Source: Octopus vulgaris
Lineage: Eukaryota
Direction: 5' to 3'
NCBI GenBank assembly: GCA_951406725.2
Contig: OX597818.1
Span: forward strand, 83,266,001 to 83,330,000
DNA length: 64,000 nucleotides
This document shows, piece by piece, positions 52,141-64,000 of the stretch (within the stretch, counting starts at the first letter, position 1; every line of letters begins with the position of its first letter). The translations under genes were made by a program, and so were the position numbers. The notes beneath the pieces are model-generated. The model was not told the DNA's origin, searched no databases, and saw only the letters and a list, made by a program, of their open reading frames with translations.

Positions 52141-53000
52141 TTTTTATTGTTGAGTGAGTGTGTTTCACAGTTTCCAAGTCAAATCATAGAAATGAAAAAA
52201 AATCGATGTTATCAATATCTCAGTTTTTGTACCCAATACTGCCGTGGGAGCATCTGTCTTGGTGTTTGTTGATGGTCCTTTTTTCTCGCTTTGAAATATT
52301 TTAAAAGAGTTTAGCTAATACGCGAGTATGCAGGCACATTGACCTAGTGGTTAGGGCAGCCAAATCGCGGTCGATGGATCATGGGATCGAATATCAGACC
52401 GAGCAAAGTGTTTATGAGCGTAACACCTAAGCTCCACGTATCTCCAGCAGATGATGATGTCGAACTTACGTTGGCTCTTTCGTCATGGCTCAAGAAGGAA
52501 CAAACAACAACAGATATATGCACAACGGGATTCTTTTAGCTTCTGTCTACAAATTTCACTCACAAAATTATTGTTGACCAAGGCTATAGTAGAAGAGACT
52601 TACCTAAGTTGCCATGCAGTGAACTGAGCCTAAATCCATGTAGGTGGGAAGCAAGCGTCTTACCACACAGCCACTCCTGCGCATGTATAGGTAATATTTT
52701 TTGGCAAAGTTGTACCAGGCTTAAAGGCATAAAGTCGCCATATTCTAGTCTTTGTAGTAAACTTTTCATGTCTCAAGACTTGTTGGAGATCAGACTCGTA
52801 AAGAAAGGGATCACCTTTGATTCTCAACACATTTCTCTCACAATTTAAGTGTATGAGTCTGAATATATTAGTTTCTGTTCTTGCTGCTTCTGCTGCTGCG
52901 GCCAAACTTTGTGCCTCTGTTCCTATGTTACTGTTGTTACTATTTTGCTTTCATTTTCTACACTTAGTGAATTTAGATGTGCAATATCATGTGATGTTAT

Positions 53001-53100
<100 letters not shown>

Positions 53101-53101
53101 T

Positions 53102-53135
<34 letters not shown>

Positions 53136-53203
53136 TGGATTGAAAGATGGACAGATACGTAGATAGACAGAAAGATAGATGTAATACGTATCTATATACT
53201 TAT

Positions 53204-53262
<59 letters not shown>

Positions 53263-54137
53263 GCATGCATATATGAATATATCTGTCTATCTGTTTGTCT
53301 TTGTCTGTCACACACATATATAGATATACATACAGAGAGAGAGACACACACACATACATACATATGTATGTATGCGTGTCTATGTTTGTGGAAGTGTGTG
53401 TGTGTTTGTGTTTGTGTGTGTGTGTGTGTACAGATATTCAGTCGAGAAAAATGTTCTGCTCTGTTCCATAATATTTTTACGCCTTGTTTGACATAAATAT
53501 TTTACTGTATCAGAAAAATGAAAGTATCAAAAATAAATAATCATTGTTCTCCTGGCCGGATTAAGGCTAGCTGAGTATTAATTTTATTTCCGAACATTTT
53601 TGTTGTTCTATTTTCGTAAATATTCCGGCTTTTGTTGTATGTTTATTGTGGCGTATTTTCACCATTGTTGCTGTAGTCACATATATGTTTTGTTATTTTC
53701 CTTTATTTCCGCTGGTGTTGGTGTTTTACTTTTCAACAAGATCCTGATCTAGCAGTGTACACAAACAAAAATTGTTTCTTGTCGTAGTGGAAAATGAATA
53801 TTTATGAACAGAAACTTACACAGATCCACAAATATAACAATATATAACAATATATATATAACAATAAGGGTTTAGCAATAAGTTGCTTGACCCCATACCA
53901 AAAATTTTAGAAATAGCAGCCAAAGGACTACTATTTCCTTTTTCTACAAAAATATATCTCCACAGACAACAATATCTGTAACTCACATGTGGCAAAAAAA
54001 GAAGAAAAACAATGAAATCAAACAGTCTTCGAGTAATTATGGACGTACGTTTCTGGATGGGAATCATAAGATTCATTTCCTTCATCGACATAATATTCCC
54101 CCCAAAAAAACTAGAAATGCTAGGAAATATATATGAA

Positions 54138-54177
<40 letters not shown>

Positions 54178-54182
<5 letters not shown>

Positions 54183-54555
54183 CTAAGCAATAAAGGGTTT
54201 AGCAACTAGTTGCCTTACCACATACCGAATTTAGAAATAGCAGTCAAAGAGTTATAGCTATTTCTTCTACTAAAAGGAGATCTCAGTAAAAACAGCAATT
54301 GGAAGGCAGACACAAACAGGTAAGAGAGGATGAATTAACGGCAATCTATCATACAATTTTAAGTTGTATGATAGATTGTATGATAGATTGCCGTTAATTC
54401 ATCCTCTCTTACCTGTTTGTGTCTGCCTTCCAATTGCTGTTTTTACTGAGATCTCCCTTTTAGTAGAAGAAATAGCTATAACTCTTTGACTGCTATTTCT
54501 AAATTCGGTATGTGGTAAGGCAACTAGTTGCTAAACCCTTTATTGCTTAGTATTA
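54178..54555. repeat. 180-bp near-perfect palindrome (foldback) with a 17-bp spacer
   Basis: 54178-54357 matches the reverse complement of 54375-54555; I saw one 1-bp indel. Confidence 0.95.
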
Positions 54556-54653
54556 CTTAAATTTTCCTCAAATGAGGCTTTTACATGCCGAAGACTACTT
54601 GGTGTAATTGATAATTATTCCAAATTAATTAATTTCACCCTTCATTATTACGG

Positions 54654-54797
<144 letters not shown>

Positions 54798-54799
54798 TA

Positions 54800-54953
54800 G
54801 GCGCAGGAGTGGCTGTGTGGTAAGTAGTTTCCTAACCAACCACATGGTTCCGGGTTCAGTGTCACTTTGGGCAAGTATCTTCTAATATAGCCTCGGGCCG
54901 ACCACAGCTTTGTGAGTGGATGTGGTTGACGGAAACAGAAACAAGCCCGTCGT
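54800..54953 (+). mobile_element. Family-A SINE, 5' half
   Basis: ggcgcaggagtggctgtgtggtaag...gacggaaacagaaacaagcccgtcg(ta)n. Confidence 0.85.
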
Positions 54954-56211
54954 ATATATATATATATATATATAAGTTCAGCAAAAATTTAGATTCAAAT
55001 GAATATGGTACTTAATTTAGATGCACCAGAATTCTGTGTTGTGTTATCCATATAAAACCGTGGGGTGATTATAATCAAAATAAGCAACAAGAATGACTCC
55101 GGTAATTTGGTACGATAATTTCGTACCACATCATCTTATGAAATGTTGTAAGTATTACAACAGTTTTAAAATGCTGAGCACTCATCAGCCAATTACAGTG
55201 GTTTTCCACTAATACAAAAATTTTCATATCACGTGGCAACATTATAGAGAAGATAGATATATAGACAAAGATGTGGATTTAAATTTTAAGAGCATTTGAT
55301 GTAGTGGACCCCATCAATTGACTGACTAAGATTCAGCTGTTCCAGACTACTGTAAGGTTCTGAGAGGGAAGAACAAATGAAAGGAGGCAATAAAGATTTT
55401 CTATTTATAGAAATAGGGTAAAGTGGGTGGGGCAGAGCTACATATAAAGGAATTTATGTAGAAAACAGGATTGTCACAACTAAATGCCAATTACTACTCT
55501 TTGATGAACAGATTTGGCGTTAGGAGAACTAGGTCAATGTCAAATGGTCACAATACCATTCACAGAGAATGCGGAGACCTTACAAACCCTATGCACATCA
55601 TCACAACAGTTGGTCTATAAGTTCCAAGTACTTTGACACATTAGAATAAAGGAAAAAATATAAATCTAAAATTTATTCAATTTGGAGAAAAAGACTATCA
55701 CTTATTATGAGTAGGCATAGTACTTATATATATATATATATATATTTCCACTCGTCGGTACTCTATACACGAATTCCCACAGAAACGAATTTATATCACT
55801 GGTTTGAGGTAGACGTGAATATAGCGTAAAATCTATCTGTTGATGTGCAGCAGCGACACAAAGTATAGATATTACACACACACACACAACGGGCTTCTTT
55901 CGGTTTCCGTCCACCGAATCGACTCACAAGGCTATGATCGGTCGGCGGCGATAACAGAAGACACTTGTTGAAGTTCAAGATGCTACGCAACAGGACGGAA
56001 TCATGAGGTTGGGAATTTAAGTATATATATATATACACACAATCGACAAGTATAGTACAATGAGGTGAGTGACGTGATAGAGGAAGGGGTATATAACATT
56101 ACAGAGATGATCCTTCGTCTTGGAAAAGAGAAAAATTGTGCAACTGAAAAATTGAATATAACAATCTTCATCTTCCCTCCACACTCTCCCTCTTTCTCTC
56201 CTTTTCTCACC

Positions 56212-56250
<39 letters not shown>

Positions 56251-56613
56251 TCTGTGTGTTTCACTTTGTTTCCCTCTTTCCGACAACGAGTCGACCCGCA
56301 ACATCTCTTCTCCACGGCATACGATCAAATTCACTGTCACAAATTTCCCTGCCTTTTCCTATAATATTGTGTAATGTAACTTCAACCGTCCGAAATACTC
56401 CACGCTTTGGAACGTATTCAAAATCTTTCAATTCTTTATCGAATCAAATGAATTCTATTTTCGCTTGAATTCTTTATTCTTCTGCATACGCATTACTCTC
56501 TGATATATTCCATCCATTAACGTTTATTTAAACCCAATTCTAGAAACATTACCATTCTTATATGTCCAACTTAGAGCTATATTGATTTATAAAAGAATTT
56601 TATTAATACTATT

Positions 56614-57420
56614 AAGGCGGTTATCTGGTTGAATCGTCAGTACGTTGGGCAAAATGCTTAGCAGCGTTTCGTCCGCCTTTACGCCCTGAGTTTGGTTTCG
56701 GAGTCCAACATTTCAGGCCTTGTGCCTATTGTTGACAGGATTATTGAGGTGGCGAGCAGGCAGAATCGTTAGCACACCTTGCAAAATGCGTAGCGGCATT
56801 TCGTCCGTCTTTCCATTCTGAGTTCAAATTCTGAATCATTACTGTGCCCGAAAAATTGTTTAGCGACGTTTCTTCCAACTTTGCGTTCTGTGTTCAAATA
56901 TCACCGTGGCCGACTTTGCTTTTTATCCCTTTGGAGTCGGTAAAACAAGTAGCAGTTAAGTGCTAGGGTTGATAGTATCGACCTACCCTCTCATCCGAAC
57001 TTGCTGGACTTGTGTCAAAATTTAAAGGCAAAGTTTATTTAAATTCAAGAGACATTACCTGTAATATATATGACCAACATTTAACTGTATCGATATATAA
57101 AGGGATTATATTGATAGTACCAAGATGGTTACCTGGCAGAATGCTTAGTGCATCGGATAAACTTCTTTTCGGTAGTTATTTCGGTTAATTACATTTCTGA
57201 GTTCAAATCTTTCCGTGATCGACTCCATCTTTCATCCTCAAGAACATAAATTACGTGTTGATCACTAGGATCTATATAATCGATAATCCCCGCTGGACAA
57301 AATTCCTGGAACTGTGCTTATAGTTGAAAAAAAAATTATTCTGTTTCTTTACGTCTTGATTTTAAATCTTACTGAGGTCTGCATTGCCCCTCATTATTTC
57401 GGGGTCAATAAAATGATTAC
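56614..57420 (+). mobile_element. Cluster of decayed family-B SINEs
   Basis: Repeated ggcagaatcgttagc, ctgagttcaaa and tttcaggccttgtgcc motifs. Confidence 0.7.
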
Positions 57421-58931
57421 CAATTTAAAGTTGCGGATTGGCGTAAGTGTAAATAGGTCAAACTGAATGCGGTATTCATTCAGGAACTTTGCGTTTGGAG
57501 TTCAAAATTCCACTGTTTTACTTGGGTGAAAGATTTAAGATGTCACCTGGTTTAACATGATCACATGGACAAGGTGCCAGTTTGAGGATAAATACCAGTT
57601 GACCAATAGCTATAAAAATTCAACCGCATCATCAACGCCAAACCGTGACCTGATTTTTATATTACGGAATTCTTTCTTCGAATTTTGTGATTTTTCATAA
57701 ACATTTTTTTCCGATTAACTGATGATATTAACGTTTACTAATTTCTCAATGTCATTCCTCGCCACAAGATATTGAGTGTTTGGGAAGAAAATCTTGCGAG
57801 AACAGAACAGAGAAGTCTCCTTCGTGCAATACTTACGCACTAAGAAGGCCCGCACCGCATCCAGATCATCAATCGTAGGTATTTCTAGATTGCCAGATTT
57901 TGTGTTATTGTCGTGATTGCAATACACCTGGGAAGCTATGGTGCTCCATATCCAAAGTATCATAGGTATTGTAACTAGAATAAACTGTAGTGTAAATCAT
58001 TCCTTTTAAAATACATTTCCATTAAGCTTTTTTCCACTGTGGTGCTCCAAAATGACCGCAACCGCATAGCTGAAACAAATAAAAGGGTAAAAGAATACTT
58101 CTTTACAGATCCACTTTGGACACTTCTCAGCTACTTCTGCAACTGCCTTAAGATCTCTGTTTCCCTTTCTACCGAAAACTGAGAGCCACTTTGTGAGATC
58201 ATGTGTAGATTCGTCACACCCCTATAGAGAGAATTTTGGTGTGGAAGCCAGAGTCTCTCACTTTGATAGCCAAGCTGTCATAGTTATCATTCATGTAGAT
58301 GGGGGCATTCATTATTCTGCTGTCATATGACAGTAATTGTAATTAATACAATTCTTTCGTATCAGTGAAAAGAAAGCAATGCCTCCAAACTCGAAGGAAT
58401 AGTACTTCCTTAAAATCTAATAGCAAAAAATAAAAAGAAAGTGTTCGAGAGAGAATTTTGAAGAGTACACTGGCAGGTATAACCCAAGGGGCATACATGA
58501 AATATTTTTATACGCAAATACATATTCATCGACATGAATACCTTTTTAGCTTACATTAAAACAGCAGATAAACTCCAAGTTGTGAGCTTGGCTTATGCTT
58601 TTATTTCACCAAATAATGTGGAGATTACAAGGCTAAAACAACTGGGTCGGCTTAAATTGAATGTTGATTACAAAGAATATTTATGGAATGACTTTAGAAT
58701 GTAAGTCCTTCAGGGCAGTGGTTTGTATTATTACACAAACATACATAATATATCATAGCACTTACACACAAACTCACTCAAGCACACACACAAACACTCA
58801 CTCAAACAATGGAAACATGAAAGCCACATATACAGAATCAATCAAGAGAAACAATGATGTAATATATATATGTCTATACGTATACCTGCGTATACTTATA
58901 TATATATACACATATACATACAGATACACAG

Positions 58932-58970
<39 letters not shown>

Positions 58971-59133
58971 GCGACACAGACTCACTCATATGCATACATA
59001 TATATATTATTTTGGCAAGCAATCATGAAAAGTGTAGAGAAAATGAACGAAATGGGAAATTTGGTAAAATAATAATAACATTGATATTATTAAACAACTT
59101 TAAAATCTGTAAAAGAAAACACACACACACGTA

Positions 59134-59267
<134 letters not shown>

Positions 59268-59339
59268 TAGATATAATTGAAAATTTCATTAACTAAAAAG
59301 GTGGGTACAGAGAAGAGAATAATGACGACGCTACACCAG

Positions 59340-59461
59340 TTGATGATAATGGTAATTGATGACGATGATGATGATGATGATGATGATGATAACAGTTGGG
59401 TTGTTGTTGGTGTTGTTGGTGGTGGTGGTGTTGTTGGCTGTTGTGTTGGAGACGAGTGTGT

Positions 59462-59495
<34 letters not shown>

Positions 59496-60090
59496 GGTGG
59501 TGATGATCGTGTTGGTGATAATTATGACGACGACAACAACTACGACGATGATTAAAATAATTAACTAATAATAACCTAATCTAACGATGACGGTCATGAG
59601 TAGGTAGGGGGGGCTAGTGGTCGATCGGGTGTCTGTTGGTACAAAAGCTAATGAGGGCGTTGTTGGTGGTGATTTTAATGATGACTATAAAGATTATGAT
59701 GATTGTGATCATTAAGTTTATGATCATTATGATTGTGATGATGAAAATAATTAACTAATAATAACCTAATCTAATGATGAGTATGATGAGGATGAATGGC
59801 TATCGTGATGATAATAATATTGATACTACTACTACTAACGTTAAAAATAATAATATTAATAATGATAATAATAATAACAACAATATTAAGAATATTAATA
59901 AAGATAATAAGAGTCATTTCCTTAGTTTATAATAAAAATAATGACAATAATGTTGATAATTATAACAATAACTACAAGAAAAATAACAAGAAAAAACATA
60001 AATTTAATAATGATGATGATGATGGTGGTGGTGGTGGTGGTGATGGTGGTGATGATGATGATGATGATGATGGTGATGGTGATGGCGATG

Positions 60091-60157
<67 letters not shown>

Positions 60158-60175
60158 TGATGATGATGATAATAG
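59340..60175. repeat. Compound trinucleotide microsatellites (GAT/GGT/AAT)
   Basis: Direct reading. Confidence 0.9.
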
Positions 60176-61575
60176 GAGAAAAAAGATGGCGGAATGTACG
60201 AAGAAATAAAATAAGTGGAAGGTGAAAATGGAGAAGGAGAAGGAGGGAATAAAAACAAATAAATAACTAAATATTGGGAGAGATAAAACGAAATGAGTGA
60301 ATTTAAATTCCATCTCCATTATGAAAAGTCTTTGAAGAGCTCTGGAGTACGGTTTGTGGAGACAATTAAAAAAGTGAGAGCAAGTCGTGATTGAAAATTG
60401 TTTCTTCAAAGAGGAAATTAACTTAAGGGTGTATATGAAAACGGTGAGAGTGTGTGAGTGAGAGAGAGAGAGAAAGAGAGTGAGAGAGAGAAGGAGGGAG
60501 AGAGAGAGAGACGTAGAGAGAGGTGAGAGTGTATATGTGTGTATGTGCGTGTATTTGTGTGTGTGCGTGTATATGTGCGTGCGTGTGTGTGTGTGTGTGA
60601 ATGTGCGCGCCCGTGCGTGCATGTGTGCATGTTTGCGTGTGCGCGCATGTGCGAGCGTGTGTGTATGTACCTGTGTGTGTGTGTGTGTGTGTCTGTGTGC
60701 GATGCTGGAGTGGAGAGAAAGCGTAACAGATAGATTGAAGAGATGTGTTAGAGGAGACGATAATGAATCGATAAGAGAGACTGAGAAAAAGATGGGGGGT
60801 AGGTGAATGAGAGAGAGAGAGAGAAGAAGAGAGATAGATCGGTAGAGAGAGAGACAGAGGGAGGTATATAGATAGACAGATAGCCAGATAGAAAGAGATA
60901 GATAGATAGAAAGTGATAGAGAGTGAGAGGTAGAGAGAGAGTGATAGTAAGAGAGAAATAGAGAAACAGAGTTGATGAGAGAGGGAACCTATGTGAAAGA
61001 AGGAACAGTTAAATGAATGTAAAGTATAAAGTTTGAGTTTGATAAATAATGAGAGACAACGACAATTAGTGAGTGAAAATAGATTTACAGAGAGGGAAAG
61101 AAGGGGGAGAAAGAGTGGAGAGAGAGGAGAGGAAGAAAGAGAGAAACAATGAGAGAGAGAAAACGAGTGTGGCAGAGATAGAAAGAGAGAGAGAGAGAAG
61201 GAGCAACAGAGAAACAGATGTACGATGATGTTGAATGAGACGAGATAGAGACATAGTCAAGGAGAGAGAGAGGAAAGAGGAGTGATAGTGTGTGTGAGTA
61301 AGATGGTGAGTTATTATGTGTATGTGGTAGACTGTGAGTGTTTGTGTGTGTGTGTATATGTGCGTGTGTGTGTGTGTGTGAATGTGTGTCTGTGGGTAAG
61401 TAGGTGGGTGAGAGAAAGAATGAAGGCTAGTAGTGGGGAGAGAAGATGGAGAATGAAATATGCAGGGAGATCATAGAGAATTTGATAGAGCGAGTGAGGT
61501 CTGAAGTGTAAATAGATAGGTGTAAAGAGATGATGTAAAGAAAGGCTTGAAACTAGATGTACTAAGTAACATATT

Positions 61576-61614
<39 letters not shown>

Positions 61615-61823
61615 GGAGAGAAGGGTGCGAAGTACGAGAAGGGAAGAGAAAGAGAGAGAGAGAGGGAGAGAGAGAGAGAGGGAAAGAGAAAGAGAGCAGA
61701 CGGACTGACAAATAAACAAATAATGTGGAGAAGGAAAAAAAATATGTAAAAGGGTGTACAGAAGTTTTCTCAAAACAACTTGTGAAACAAAGGAAATAAT
61801 AAACGTGATTTACGGACAAATGA

Positions 61824-61869
<46 letters not shown>

Positions 61870-62022
61870 AGAGACAGACTAATATACTGGAGATTGGGTG
61901 ATGTATAAGTTTTAACCAGCACATGCTGTAGTTATTGAAAAACGTAGAAATAGATAGATAGAAAGACAGATAGATAGTCAGATAAACAGAAAGACAGATA
62001 GATAGTCAGCTAGCTAGCTAGC

Positions 62023-62081
<59 letters not shown>

Positions 62082-62160
62082 GGAGAAACATACAAGAATT
62101 TAGGTAGTGTCCTGTTACCGTATTATACCGTTTACAGATCGAAAGTTTTAAACAAAAATT

Positions 62161-62566
62161 TTAGCAAAAGTTGGTAGGTCCAAGTGAAACAGCAGAATTT
62201 GGAAAGATGGTGCCAAGGACTCCAAATTTGCCATCAAGATGTAGGACAAGATACTGTGATAGCCTGGGCTTCCGAGGCCCACAGCTCTTCAATATCCTCC
62301 CGATGAATCTAAGAGACCCGCATGGGGTGGATGCAGATGTCTTTAAAATGAAACTGGATCTCTTCTTGTCAGGTATCCCAGATGAACCAACTTCACGGCA
62401 GGAGGTGCAGATGAGGGCAGCTGCATCGAACTCTCTCATGCACCAAATGGCAGTTGCTAAAGAGCATTCTTGAAGTAAAACCATGTAGCAACACCAAATG
62501 GCGGTGCCCCAGCATGGCCACAGCTCGTGAGCTGAAACTAGAATCAATCAATCAATCAATCAATCA
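62161..62566 (+). mobile_element. CR1-like LINE 3' end with an (ATCA)n tail
   Basis: SLGFRGPQLFNILPMNLR...FKMKLDLFLSGIPDEP...SNSL, then a 3' UTR stem-loop and aatc repeats. Confidence 0.88.
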
Positions 62567-63001
62567 TGGTGAGAATTTTAGAAGGTTAACATTACATGTC
62601 TATGCTAAGTACGATATAGACTTGTACGCCAGAAAATGCATTATTAGCGTTAGATTGACACTGACAGATCAGACGTCTACTAAGAAGCGCTCCAAACGTA
62701 ACCATCACATTTTAAAATGTATTTAGTAATATAGCAATATGTTTAACGGGTCCTTACTTTTTAAAGAGAAAGGATGTGATTGGGATGCCCAGGCTAATAG
62801 GTCTTGAACAGTAAATTAAAACAGCTTTGTAATGCATGAACAGTGAGGGATAACGTGTGAAAAAAACAAGAGAAAGAGACACATACACACACACTCACAC
62901 ACTCACACACATACGCACACTCACACTCACACAAACACACACGTATGTGAACAGTCAATATGTGACATTCCTGTTCTACAACATATACTTACACACATAC
63001 G

Positions 63002-63081
<80 letters not shown>

Positions 63082-63093
63082 CCTATCTATCTA

Positions 63094-63516
63094 TGTCCAA
63101 CAATTTCTGACCGGTGGGCTTGTGTCGAACAACTGCTGCCACGTGTGGGACGAGTCGGTTTATCAGCTGAGTCTATTGTCAATTTTGTCACGCCTCCTTC
63201 CTTCAAACGGGAAGGAAGAGCTTTTTTCATCATCCTTGTGGCTATGGCGAAAGACCGTGGTCTTTTTCGTAGGCTTTTCTTCCCACGGATAAACCTTACT
63301 TGCTTTCCCCTTTACACCATATATCATAACACTGTGATACACGATCCCTATTGATCGTTATGTTTTTCTCTTCCCCGTTTTTCCCCCTTTTTTCTTCTTT
63401 CTTCATTTCTCTTTTCTTTTGTTCCTTTTCCCCTTTTTTTTTATCCCCCAAAAGAAAAGCTCTACCTTGTAACTTGTCCCTTCTGTGTGCAGCCCTGTGT
63501 GGCCAATAAAGAAACT
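63094..63516 (+). mobile_element. 5'-truncated Tx1 3' fragment inside (TCTA)n
   Basis: CPTISDRWACVEQLLPRVGRVGLSAESIVNFVTPPSFKREGR aligns with the ORF2 C-terminus at about 39720-39880; it ends cagccctgtgtggccaataaagaaac-(ttatc...). Confidence 0.9.
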
Positions 63517-63864
63517 TATCTATCTATCTATCTATCTATCTATATGAATGAATGTTTTTATATATAATGAACGTGAAACACAGGAAGGGACGAACACGGA
63601 ACACAGACAAATCATTCGAAGCCTTCAATCTTCAGTCAGACACCGAACCAAGACAGGAATGTGAACGCACAAGACGGATGTAAACACAAGAGACGAAAAC
63701 GAAATTAGGGTTTAAAATTGGACAAACAAACGGGGGGGGGGGGGGGGGTGCACGTAACGCCGCAATAATATAAGAATGAATGTTTTTATATATCTATCTA
63801 TCTACCTATCTGTCAGCCTTTCTGTCTGTCTGTCTATCTGTCTGTCTATCTATCGATCTATCTG

Positions 63865-63928
<64 letters not shown>

Positions 63929-64000
63929 CCTATCTATCTACCTATCTATATATCTCTTTCGCTCTCTCTCGATATATATATAGACAAAGAAATATCGAAA

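Overview
Eukaryotic, AT-rich, repeat-saturated intergenic or intronic DNA. The SINE families and microsatellite load look like a coleoid cephalopod (Octopus-like); this is pattern recognition, not a database result. I can support no host gene, and most ORFs in the track are translated microsatellites. All real coding remnants are mobile. They comprise an R4/Dong-type non-LTR retrotransposon (1-2050, -) abutting (TAA)n; a nearly full-length Tx1/L1-clade LINE (39288-45459, -) inside (GATA)n plus a second 3' fragment also inside (GATA)n; several Penelope-like element (PLE) fragments; CR1-like fragments; mariner derivatives; and three tRNA-derived SINE families. The most interesting layer is non-coding RNA structure. 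A series of minimal type I hammerhead-ribozyme motifs sits in short cassettes, mostly between (TA)n tracts. The best is a ~404-bp non-coding unit with an intact hammerhead and an exact 88-bp terminal redundancy (6158-6649), the footprint expected of a retrozyme copied from a circular or tandem RNA. In addition, two SINE families carry 3' stem-loop tails matching two different LINEs in this window (Tx1 and CR1-like), and the Tx1-tailed SINE appears to insert into itself at a fixed site to build tandem arrays.
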